DNA of 62,672 bases, the filler included, from Aduncisulcus paluster (taxonomy: Eukaryota): the NCBI GenBank assembly GCA_024181965.1. It is 3 parts of 3 records of this genome, joined end to end, with 100 filler letters (N's around TTAATTAATTAA, not from the genome) between each part and the next. Parts side by side here need not be neighbours in the genome. Positions count along the whole stretch, not along the records: positions 1 to 19,839 come from BQXS01012632.1; 2 more parts are not named here. The stretch is one strand, 5' to 3'. Positions 1 through 12,100 of the stretch are shown piece by piece (position 1 is the first letter of the stretch; each line of letters starts with the position of its first letter). The notes beneath the pieces are model-generated. The model saw only the letters and a list, made by a program, of their open reading frames with translations, searched no databases and was not told where the DNA came from. The translations under genes were made by a program, and so were the position numbers.

Positions 1-75
1 AATAAGACAAATAGTAATGGAATATCATTATCATGTAAATGCTTGACACAAAGTAAATGGGGATGTAGAACACAT

Positions 76-309
76 TCACAGACCTCCACGAAGACGGAGA
101 ACAAGATGAAGAGTAGAATCCTTCATGATGTTGTAGTCTCCAAGAGTACGACCCTCATCAAGCTGTTTACCAGCGAAGATAAGACGCTGTTGTTCAGGAG
201 GGATTCCTTCCTTCTCTTGGATCTTGGCTTTGACAGAGTCAATAGAATCAGATTGGTCGACATCAAGGGTGATGGTCTTTCCAGTCAAGGTACGGACAAA
301 GATCTGCAT
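76..309 (-). CDS. Monomeric ubiquitin, 76 aa plus a one-residue (Leu) C-terminal extension
   Basis: [15 protein letters not shown]...[11 protein letters not shown]. The true ATG is at 309; the ORF track extends upstream into non-coding AT-rich sequence. Arg72 (LRLRGG) indicates ubiquitin rather than NEDD8. 14 of 76 positions differ from human ubiquitin. Confidence 0.95.
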   Translation of the reverse strand: MQIFVRTLTGKTITLDVDQSDSIDSVKAKIQEKEGIPPEQQRLIFAGKQLDEGRTLGDYNIMKDSTLHLVLRLRGGL

Positions 310-2255
310 TATAAAATAATTATTATCGAAGTTGGTTACAAAAAGAAAAAGAAAAGAATGACATGGATGCGAATCAAAATGGCGAGGGATTAATAAGAGA
401 CAAAAAGATGGAAGAAAAGGGAATGAAGAGGTCATCCGATTCGAATCGTACCATTGGGATGGGCACCAGGAATAGGTGAGATCCAATGGGTATCTCGAGA
501 TATGAAAACGCCAAAGCATTCATTTATAATATGTTATAAAATGATATTACATGCAGAAAGAGATACACCTAATATTCAAGGAGAAGGAATTCGATTTCTT
601 TGTTTTGGTCCAGGTGCTGATTATCCAAATCTTATATGTTTCATGAATCGTGATAAATGGTTGTGTTTATATCGATCAGGAATTTATTTCGTTCTAACTA
701 TTCTTTTCCAAACGGTAGGTGACAATTATGAATTTGTAGGGAAAAGGACATGGCTAATATGAGTTATAGTATTAATAATTGATGATAATGATATCCACCA
801 TCCTGTGTGTTTCACCCTTTTTGGAATTGAGATGTGCTAATTACAATATAATATACATCGGAAACTCGAATCTCACAGAGCTCATCTCACACCTTTTTTT
901 TCCATCAACAAAAACATCAAGGTATATTTCTTTCATGGATACACATGTGTATTATTGTATCTATCACAAAATGAATTCCTTTGCCCCTCGTGTTATGTTG
1001 TGTTCATTGTTCATTTCTTCCCAAAGATATGGTAATGTACTGAAAAATATTTCCATTTCTATTGAGCCATGACATTTTCTTTCTTGTTTGTGATGCGTTC
1101 ACGATACAAAATTCGAAACAAATGGATGTATATGACCATTTAACTCCACAAACTCAAACGAATTGTAATTCTTTGTCTATTTTTAGATGATCTATTTTTA
1201 GAACAACAAACAAAAATATCGATCTGATTTGAGTAGAAAAGGTTATTTTCGCTGTTTTTTTTTTGTTAGAGTATTCATATCTCTCTCTTGATTTCATCTC
1301 CGTCAATCCTTTTGTCTTTTGTGAAAGGATGTTATCCCTTCTCACCCTTCTTTAAACACCTTAATATCGAAGTATAAGCATGTTTTAACACATTCCATCC
1401 GTTTTAAAGAACCCTTTAATTTTGATGTTTCTATTTTTAGACCGTCTATTTATAGAACTTGTATCTTTCAAATGCCTTTAAACCTGAGAATACAACACGA
1501 TTTGTGTCATATGAGTTGATTAATGGTGGTTTTTCTGTGTGTTTATATGTGTATCGATCTTCTATAATGTGATGTACAACTTCTGTTCATCTCAATGTCC
1601 CTCCAAAAGTCACCATAAGATCTACCTTTCCTCTATTTCCTCGATTCTGTTGTCATTGATATCATTTTAACCCAACGATTATCTACTATTATGATGTTTT
1701 GCTTTACTATTACTCCATGTTTGTTGACGCTGGTCTTTTGACATATCATATGTGATTCACTTATCCAGGATGAGTCATCCTTCACTCTTCTCTCAGTAAA
1801 ATATAGATTGACATCCATGTGAATGTTCATGCGCTCGAGAGACATTGGTTTGAAATTTCAAAGTTTGAATTTCAAATTGAACAGATCGATCTTTCAGAGA
1901 TCAATAAGACATGGTAGAAGATATATATATGGATTTATTACATCACCAAGGATATTGGAGTGCGAGAAGAGAGCACATTTCAAGAGAAGTACTATTAATA
2001 CCCATCCCATCCCAACACTGTTGAACCAACAGAGAGTGTCCAATATCCTTAGAAATCGGTTGATTAGATCAGTATAAGAAAGGAATACATAAATTTTTCC
2101 AAAAATAATAATCAAACAAGAATATACTCAAGAAATTGCGCGACGTTTTGAGTAATGATTCGATAATATAATGAATATTATTATAATAGTTAAAAAATGT
2201 TTATATTGATGTTTTATCGCCAGATCAAGAATAATATAAATGATCAGAGTGGTAA

Positions 2256-5200
2256 TCACTCAAAAAGAGCGGCACTCTTTTGAAGGGAACGAGGGAGCCG
2301 TGAAAATGCAATTGTTGAGCCCGAAGAATACCGTCTTCTTTGTTGATGCTGATGAGGTTTAATTTGTTGATTCGAAGCAGGTTTTGTCCTCTTTTTAGAC
2401 AAAGAAGAACTTGGCATGGATCCAAGACTCTTTCTCCTCACTCCAGACTTAAACTGACCACCAGAATTTTTCTTCAATGATGCCGAAGGTCTTTCAATCT
2501 TCTTCTGAGATTGTCTGCCCTCAACATATCGTCCATAAAGCTTACTAGCCTCGGCTACCAAACCACGAGAAGCGACAACATCATCCTTTCCGATAATCAT
2601 CTTCTGGGAACCCACATCCATGGAATCATCACCTCCTCCTTCTTTCTTTGAATATCTCCCACCATACCTCATGACAAGATTATCACGAATCTTCTTGCTG
2701 CTCATGAGACCTTTAGCCTCGAAGAATGTGGAGTATGAAGAATGTGTTGAAATGGCTGAAGATGTCGTTGACATTAATGGATTACTTGTACTACTCTGAC
2801 CACTTGAAGCACCAGTGGTCTGTTGAGATTGCTGCTCAAGATCACCATCCCTCAAAGACGACCCCAATAAATAATCTTTATGAGGAACATGTGAGTTGTG
2901 GGTCAGTGATAGGTGTCTTGATGAACGGACTCGTTCAGGTGTTCGAGCCAAGGGAGCCAATATCGATTGTCCACCCATGGAAGCCAAGGATACCGTGTTT
3001 GTATCAGACATGCTCATTGTCTCATCCTGGACATCACCAGGACCAGCTTGAGATACGTATTGTGTATGTGTGTACATTGGAGTGTAGAATCCAGACATCT
3101 CTCGAACATTTCCATTGAGTTCCCTCTCTATCCTCCTCTCTTGTTGTTCGATGTGGTCAATGTCATCCATAATATCCTGAATGCGGATATCCTTCTCACC
3201 ACTATCCTCGCCATCATCATCAAGATCTTCAAAGAGGGACTCATTTTGACGATCCTGCACTCGTAATTCATGAGTATACCGTTCATCTGGCTTGATCTTA
3301 GCTGGAGGGGCATGTTGGGCGGGGGTATCAGTATGTGGAAGAGGAACAGAGATCTCTGACGAAGTATTCTCGTCACTCCCTCGATCAACAACGATACTAC
3401 TGCTCATGGATTCATTAGGGGCAAATTGTTCGGAATGGGGGACAACATTAACTGTCTGGAACAAACAACTACTATCCAATTCCTCAGACTTTGTCTCAGC
3501 ATGTCCATAATGCTGTTGCTGGGGAAGATAAGCACCATCATCCTTAACTGCATGATGTACACCATGACTTCGACTTGTAGCACCAGTCTTCTTGGAACTA
3601 ACATATTCATGGTCACTTGGATCATCAGAACTGGAGATCTGTTCATGTTTGGAATGCTTCGAGGCTTCATGGCCCTGTAAGGCCTTCTTCTGTTGCCTTT
3701 CATTCTCTTTCCTTTCCATGTCACGCTCAAAGCTCTCAAACGAATAAGGGTTTGCAAGACGTCTCTTCCTTTCCTCAAGCTGTTTCTCTTCTTCAATTTT
3801 TTCCCTCTCCATCTTTTCTTTTCTCTGTCTGGCTTCACGTTTCTTTGGAGATATACCCATCATTGAAACGCACAGCGCACGAACTTTCTCAGGAGAAGGC
3901 CTTGCATATCTCCGATGAATCCCCGAGTTCTTTCCTTTTGAAGGAGGGCAAGAAGAAGACGGATCATCTTGGTCTCTGCGACAATGAGAAGCATCGTCCA
4001 CGGAGGAATCTCTTTTCTGGTAATATGCAGATAACATGGAGAGGCCCTCCTCAATACTGACTCTGCGGTGTTCTGCCTGTGGACTTGAAGGAACAATATC
4101 GTAGAGATGCTCAACCTCAAGGGATCTGGTCTCATTTTCATAGGCGTCAGGGTGATCTCCAACATAACTACCTTCCTTCTCGAACTCACTGACAAGATTC
4201 TTTGCTTCGCGGGCAGCGTTGGAAGCACATTGGGCGTAATAATCTCCCTTAATGATGTGACCACGCTCCTTTTGATGCTGAGTGCGTGTGGAAGCATCAT
4301 CCATCACTCGTCTACGGTTCATCACAGCCGATCCGAGCAGAAGAGTGGAAGGAAGCATGACACGACGCTGTTGGTGCTGCTTCTCAGATCGACTGGATCT
4401 TGTAATACTACTTCCATTAGCAGATGTCTGAACATCTACGGGGTGTATCGAACTTCGTAACGTGGGAGTATGTAGATCTTTCAATTCAGAAGTAGCCAAG
4501 GCAATGCATCGTTCATCACTATCATCCCACTCGTCACATTCCTCAATAACATCCGGAGTCATCCTATATGAATTATTCTCCTGCTGGTAAGAATCATCGG
4601 GGGTGGGAGGACACGAGAGAGAGGAGGAGTGAATGGAACCAATGCTACCCTCTGCTCCAAACTCACCATCAGATCGCTTACGATCATCTTCATCTCGAGA
4701 GATAGAACATTGATCATCCACTTCATTTTTCCGATCAAGAGATTGCTGAACATCTGGAGTTTTCTTGGGGGAGGGTTGTTCCAGAGGTTGTTGTGAAGAA
4801 GCATTCTTATCTGACCCAACAGTTACATCCTGTCCTTTTTCTATGTCACCGCCATTCTCAATATTCATCTCTTCCTCCACTGGTTGCTGTTTCGGCGATG
4901 ACGATCCCTGAATCTTCTCCTCTCCATCTTTTCCTTTGTCTCCTTCTTCAATATCTTTCTTGTCAACTTCAACAACCTCGTATTCATATTCATATTCATC
5001 AACTTTCCTCCTCCTCTTCCTCCTCCTTTCCTTCCTCGTCCTTGCCTTCTTTCTCTGCTAATTCAACCGTTGCTTCACCTTCAATTTGAACATTCTGATG
5101 ATCTTTTTCAACAATCTTCTCTTCAATAACCACATCTTTCTTCTCACCAGTTGAGTCTTTTTCGGGGTTCACGGGTTGTTTTATAATTTGGGATCCATTT

Positions 5201-5847
5201 TTATCTTCGCTATCGGTTAATAAATCTAAACACTCTTCCTCTTCTTGCTCATTGACTGAAATTCTCGCCATGGAAAGGGAATGCCCAACCGAAGCTGCAG
5301 CCGCGGCTCCAGATCCTTCATCAAGACCATTTTCAATAACAACCTCATGTTCTACATAGGCTTCTTCATCGATATTAGGTTTATCTTCTTCAACGGGCTC
5401 ACTATCTACAGTATCCAGGGATTTAGGTTTCTTTTTCAGCTCTGGTGGATGAAAGGGTTTTTTCTTTCTTCTACCGCAGCATCCACATCCTCCAACATCT
5501 TCTCCATCATCACTAGCCTCAAAAACTATAGGTTTGATCTTTTTCCCCTTCTTATCTTTCATTTTCTTTGAAATATCATGTTTGGAGTGTGGAGATTTAG
5601 ATTCATGCCCTTTTGAAGATTTTACATCTTTTTTTAAATCTTTCCCCCCCAAAGATTGAGGGGTCTTTCCTTTTTCTGAATATTTACCCATTTCCTGATC
5701 CTTTGAGGAGCCAGGGGTTCTTTTTTTATGACTTTCTTTTTCTAAAGTTGAAGATTTATCTATAATATCTTTTTTATGCTTTGATTTTCCTTCCTTTTCT
5801 TTTTCTTTCTTCATTTTTTGGGCCAAATCCCGATATTTAACCTTCAA
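2256..5847 (-). CDS. Large low-complexity, charged, probably disordered hypothetical protein (ORFs 4999-5847 and 2256-4880 probably one gene split by a 1-nt frameshift near 5004)
   Basis: The 282-aa ORF ends EEEEES*. The shifted frame continues VDEYEYEYEVVEVDKKDIEEG... without a stop into the 874-aa ORF, with the same K/E/S-rich composition. The 5' start is uncertain. Confidence 0.7.
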
Positions 5848-6139
5848 TATTATAATTATTAATAATAATCATCAAAAAAATGTTAATAACTTATATACAT
5901 GATAAATATTGCATTTTTATTTGGTAAATATTAGTAAATTTACCAATATAACCAATTCTCTCTATCGTCGAAATTGTTATTATTCTCCCATGTTTAATGT
6001 AATTGCATAATATATCATCAATAAATATATTTGCTTGTGCAGAAGAACTATTCAATCTCCTTCTATTTCTTTTACTTTGCCACGCGTCTTCTTATTGCCA
6101 GTCTTTTTGCTCGAAATATAAAATATCATTTATATTTCG

Positions 6140-9100
6140 ATGGATTTTGACCTCAGAAAAATTGAACAAGCGGCTAAAGAGGACCCTTTGGGATCTCTCT
6201 TAGAGTTGTCGCAACAGTTTTTCGATGAAGCAAAGGAATCACCCGAAATAACTGGTGATCTCTTAAAAAATTTAAAATTATCATATCAACAGTTCATGGC
6301 CGTTTTAACCGAAGCCAATTTTGCACAGAAAGGATTCACAAAGCTATATCTTCCCCAAGAATTTCTTCCCGATGCTTCTGAAGCTGTAAGACACCGTGAT
6401 TTAGTCCAAAGATTGGAAGCAATTGTTATTCATTGGTCAAGACAAGTTAAAGATGTTGTTTCGTCAAGTGATATTAGTCTTGATCTTCATTCTGAAGCGA
6501 TGCAAGGCCCTCTTGCTGAAGTTGAGTTTTGGAGAAGAAGAAGTGAAGATCTCACCGGAATTAGCAAACAATTAGCTACTCCTTATATTAAAAATGTTAT
6601 TTCAATTCTTGAAGCTGCTCGTTCTGTCTATATTGCGCAGTTCAAAGAATTAGACGTGAGTGTGAAAATTCAAGAATCTCAAGCATTGTCCAATTTGCGT
6701 TGTCTATCAAAATTAGAGCCCGTATGTCTTGAATTAGAAGAAGCCCATCCCAAAGACATTCCTGAGATTCTCCCTCGTATTCTTGAGGTAATAGAGTGGT
6801 TACGTCGGGCATCATCACATTATTCAGCCCCTTCTCGTATCATTGATTTGTTAACACGTATTAGTAACACCATTAGCCGTCGTTGCACCCAATCCGTTCA
6901 TCTGGAGGATGTTTTCCACGGCAACATTATTCGTGCTCATGAAACATTATCTCAATGTGTCCTTGCAATCGAAGAGTGGAAGAAATTGCATCCCACGGCA
7001 GCTGCAGATGCCGTATTTGCTCAATTAGATGCCACTGCCCAGAGATGTCGTGACCTTATGAGTGTGTGCATATCCCAGCAACAATTGGCTCGTGCCACTA
7101 CCCTTGGTCGCGTTGAGCTGGAAAAAGAAGCCGCTGCAGAGGAGGCTAAACTGGCTTCGTCGGCCTCAAAAGCTTCTGTGTCAGCTCCCTCCGCCTCTGT
7201 TCCTGTTACTTCCACGCTTAGCCGTTCAAAGCAATTTGGAGAGAAGTTTATGCCTCGATTCAGCGGAAGCAATAGTAGTCTTATTCGTAATTCTCTCCGT
7301 AATGTCGAGAAGGAGTGTCTTCACGCCGTCAATACTCTATATCAATACCCTTATCATCCCCTTGATATCAGCAAGAAAGAGTGGTTTGATGTGTTCGGAG
7401 TATTCAGAAAGAGTGTGAAGAACCTTGAGATTCGTCTTGAAAGCATTTTAAAAGACATGTTCAGTGAGTGCCGATGTGTGAGTGAGATGGCATATGTTCT
7501 GTATGTTGTCGATCACCTCTGTGTCAAAGAGAGTGTACAACGCATGCGTGAACGAATGATGAAGAAGCTTGTGGCAGTCTTTAATGATTACATGGTTGAC
7601 ATCCGTAATACCTTTGAGAAAAACATGGATAACCCACCTATAAGTCCCGTTGACTGCATGTACAGTGGCAAGATCAGTTGGCTCAGAGGTATTCGCATTG
7701 AGTGCGAGAGAACTTGGCAATGTGTACAGTTGTGGGTCGAGGAAGAAGAGACTCGTCAGCACCAAGAGTATGAGCGTGAGAAGGCCGAAAGAGGTGAAGA
7801 AGAGAGCGTATTAGACAAAAGGATGAAAGGAGAGAGTATTATGATGCCACAATCATCATCAAACTCCACTTCCTCGTTGTACAAGAACATTGTGACAGCG
7901 TTAGTTGCTGCTGAGAAGCAGTGTTATGCCGATTGGTGTGCTAACATCCCCACAGATATTATGGAGCGCATTAGTATGTTGCCCATTCTTAAATACGCTG
8001 AGACTGACTCCTCCTCTACCACTTTAAGTGGCTCTGCTTCCTCTACTGTGATAACCAGTGTGAAGAAAGAACCAGCTTCCCCCGGCATGGAATCTCCTCA
8101 TGTTTCCCAGAACTCAACCACTCTTACCCTTCCTCTATTATCGACCTCTTCTTTCTCAGATTTCATCAATTTAGTCCGTGAGAGTGCTGCCCTAGTTCGT
8201 TTAGGATATGATATCCCTCCTATTGCAGCCAACACCCTCACTCCGAGTGGAGCCATGTATGTTTCCGTGTTTTCTCACGTCGGTCGATGTGTTCGTCTAT
8301 ACAACCGTGCAGCTAAGCTCTTGAGTCAGTGTGAGTATGGGAGTTTATTTGCAGACAAAGTCGGAAGCATCATGCTTCACATTAAACCCGGTCTAAAAAC
8401 ACTCTATTGGAACAACACTAATATGATCATTGATAAGTTTGTCCCCAATGTCATGAAGAAGAGTCAAGAGTTGCTGACTTACGTTTCATTCTTTAATTCT
8501 ACCTTGGCTCAGAGCCGTAAGATGTGTGAAGAAATCAAACACGTGCGTCTTGTCAATACAAGGTATCCTAGTTCGATGTCTCTCTCTGACTTTATGGATC
8601 TCCAGGATCTCACAAGAAGGAAAGGAATGGATTACATCAAATCTCTTCACACCTCCCTTGTTGAGCACCTCACTGATACCCAGCAGCTTTTCGAAGGTGA
8701 TGGAATGGCTGTGAGGAAAGTTTGGAAGAGTGTTGTTAAGCGAGTTGATGAGGAGGTTGAGGACGCCTTGAAACACTCTCTGCTGAGAGCTTGTCGTGAA
8801 CTCAGAGACGGTGTGAAGCGTGGAGAGAGGGCCCCCAAGGCTGCCCACACTCTTGATGAAGAGTCCTCCGATTTGTCTGAAAGCGCCCTTCTCCAATCAT
8901 TCATTAACCAAGAATCTCTTGCGATGAACGACGAGGGTTCCCCTCCATTGTTACGTCTTTCTGTCATGCTGTATGCCAATGAAATGAAGATATCCCCCCC
9001 TTACAAAGACATTGAGAGTTCTATCTCTGTTGTACTGAACGAGATTGATCGCGAATTGATCAATATCGAACGAATTGGTATGAGCATCAACTTTGAAATT

Positions 9101-12100
9101 GTTAAGAGAGGAGTCACGAGCGATAGAACTGACAATTGGGAAGAAGAAGAGGAAGAAGAGGAAGAAGAGGAAGAAGCTCTCTCTGAGCTCGATTCTGAAG
9201 AAGTTCCCGCCGTTCATATTGATCAAACGAACCCTCCACTTCTCGAAGATGAAGAAATGTCTGCAAAGATCACTGGAAGAACTCCCAATTTGCGTCGTAA
9301 ACGTGGTCCAGGTATATCAAAGGACTTCTCGACACAGGAGGATGAATTTGCGTATTTCGAAATGCAGCGTGAAGATCGTGTTGCCACTCTGAAGAAGAAT
9401 TTCCCCTCTGGTCTTCTGTTCCATCCACTCATTGACTCTTTCCAGAGTCGAGTTGTGACATTCCGCCCTCTTAAAGAGATCCAACAACAGATCCGTCAGA
9501 TTATCGCCCGGTGCACCACAGCTGTTGAGCAGCTCCCTTCCAAGTATGATAAGCAAAAACACATGTGGAGCCAGACTCCACTCCAATTTGCTCATGGATT
9601 TGACCGTGGAAGTGTTGCCCGTTCCCTGGATGAATATCGTCAGAATATTACCATGTACAAACAGGAAAAGAGTCTTGTGGAGAGTGGTGGTGCTTACATG
9701 GATGACATGGAGGATTCCATGGTTGGTGGAATGATGGATAAATATCCCTCATATCTATCTGCTAAGTTCGTAGAGTTAGACTTCACTCCATTGAAAGGTT
9801 CCTTGTGTGCACTGTATGATGAAAGAATCAAGGCTCTCACCCAGTTGCTCAATAAGAAGGCAAAGGATGAGCTTGAATCCATTGAGAAACATNNNNNNNN
9901 NNNNNNNNNNNNCATGGTTGGTGGAATGATGGATAAATATCCCTCATATCTATCTGCTAAGTTCGTAGAGTTAGACTTCACTCCATTGAAAGGTTCCTTG
10001 TGTGCACTGTATGATGAAAGAATCAAGGCTCTCACCCAGTTGCTCAATAAGAAGGCAAAGGATGAGCTTGAATCCATTGAGAAACATATCCGTCAATGTT
10101 CTGCTGAATTACAACAGGATGCTTCAACCATTGAGATTCTCTCCAATCTTAAGAGTCTTTTCACCCGAGAGATGGAGAACTATCGCAAGCTTCAATCAAG
10201 TATTGCTCCTCTGAGTGCTAAATATGAATTGCTCAAGGTAATGGATGCCGTCGTGAGTGATGAGGAAATGCAATTGTTGGATTCCATTCCAACTCATATT
10301 CGTAATTATCGAAGAATTCTCGAACATTCAAAGGTCAATATTGAAAAAGCAAACACCCGTCACAAAGAACGGTTGAAGGGTCTTGCCGATGACGTCGGAA
10401 AGTCTATCGATAGCTTTAAGATTGCCTTTAGGGAGAATTGTCCCACCAGCAAAGATATCCCTCCTGAAGAAGCCCTTCAAATCATCAAGAGTTTCCATGA
10501 TCAGTTGCATAACTTGAGAAACAACCAAGGCGAGGTGTCCAAGGGTCTTGCCGTGTTTGAACTAGCCCCTGTAACCTCTGTCGAGCTTGATACCGTTGAG
10601 AAGGATATCAAAGTCCTTGAAAGTGTGTGGTTGCTCTGTTCGGAGTGGAACGAAAGTATGCGTCGAGCCAATGCTACCTTATGGAAGGATATTGATGCCG
10701 ATTCACTCGAGGAAAATGCCAGAGTTGTATTGTCTCGCGTGAAGAAGTTCAAGAGTCGTGCCAAGTCATGGGGTATTTATGAATATCTTTCTATTCTTCT
10801 TGAAGATTTCCGTAAGACAATGCCCCTTATCGTGGCTCTTAAACAACCATATTTGAAACCAAGACACATGTCCCAGTTGTCTGAGACCCTGGGATCTCCT
10901 ATCGACTCCAATATGACTCTGAAACAGATATTGGCATTGAATCTGCACGAGTTCCATGACAGGGTGATGCAAATTACTTCTGCCGCAGCTTCTGAAGCTG
11001 ATATTGAGAACAAAGTCAATGAAATTATCGAGACCTGGCGTAATACTGAAATATCATTCAAACCTCATAAAACAAAGGGATTCTATATCATTATTCAAAC
11101 TGATGATTTATTCCAGCTTTTGGAAGACTGTTTGCTCAGTTTGTCACAGCTTAAGTCCAGTGACTTCATTGCCACATTTGAGGATAGAGTAGAGAGTCTT
11201 GAGAAAGAATTGTCCCTTCTCGTGGGTAACCTGGAGCTTGTTCTAACAGTACAGCGTGAATGGGTGTATTTGGAATCTATTTTTGTAGGTTCTGAGGATA
11301 TTCGTAGACAGCTTCCCAAGGAAACCAGTGAGTTTGAAAGCGTCAATGGACAATGGAAGAGTACAATCGCCAGGTGGATAAGCAGAAAGAACGTCCTCAA
11401 TTGCATTGGAAATGAGACCACGAAGAAGAGATTCACTAGTCTGAATGAGACTCTTGAGAGCATCCAACATAGTCTTGATCAGTATTTGGAGACTAAAAGA
11501 ATGGCCTTCCCTCGGTTTTACTTCCTTTCCAACGACGAACTTTTGGGTATTCTTGGACAAGCTCGTAATCCTTTTGCTGTGCAACCTCATATCAGCAAGT
11601 GTTTCGGTGGGATGAAGAATATCATTATTATCGAAGATAGCAACGCTGGAAATGTCTCTGGAGCTAACAAGACACGTGTGCGNNNNNNNNNNNNNNNNNN
11701 NNAGTCTGAATGAGACTCTTGAGAGCATCCAACATAGTCTTGATCAGTATTTGGAGACTAAAAGAATGGCCTTCCCTCGGTTTTACTTCCTTTCCAACGA
11801 CGAACTTTTGGGTATTCTTGGACAAGCTCGTAATCCTTTTGCTGTGCAACCTCATATCAGCAAGTGTTTCGGTGGGATGAAGAATATCATTATTATCGAA
11901 GATAGCAACGCTGGAAATGTCTCTGGAGCTAACAAGACACGTGTGCGTGTCCACGGCATTGTGTCACCCCAAGGAGAGAAAGTTGAACTCTCAACTCCTG
12001 TACTTTGCTCATCCCAAGTCGAGATTTGGCTTGGAGAGCTTGAGTCACAAATGAGAATTACTCTGAAGGATTTGTTTGGAAAATGTCTCGTTGATTTGAA

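Noticed and set aside
310..519. N-terminal extension on ubiquitin
   Set aside because: It starts at a non-ATG codon and covers AT-rich UTR or promoter-like sequence; the canonical MQIFV start is at 309.
454..2115. Several 60-100 aa ORFs as a multi-exon gene
   Set aside because: I could not build a consistent spliced frame or recognise a domain; the region may be decayed sequence.
11652..11713. Split or trans-spliced dynein heavy chain as in Giardia
   Set aside because: The break is fully explained by a 245-bp overlap duplication around a 20-N gap.
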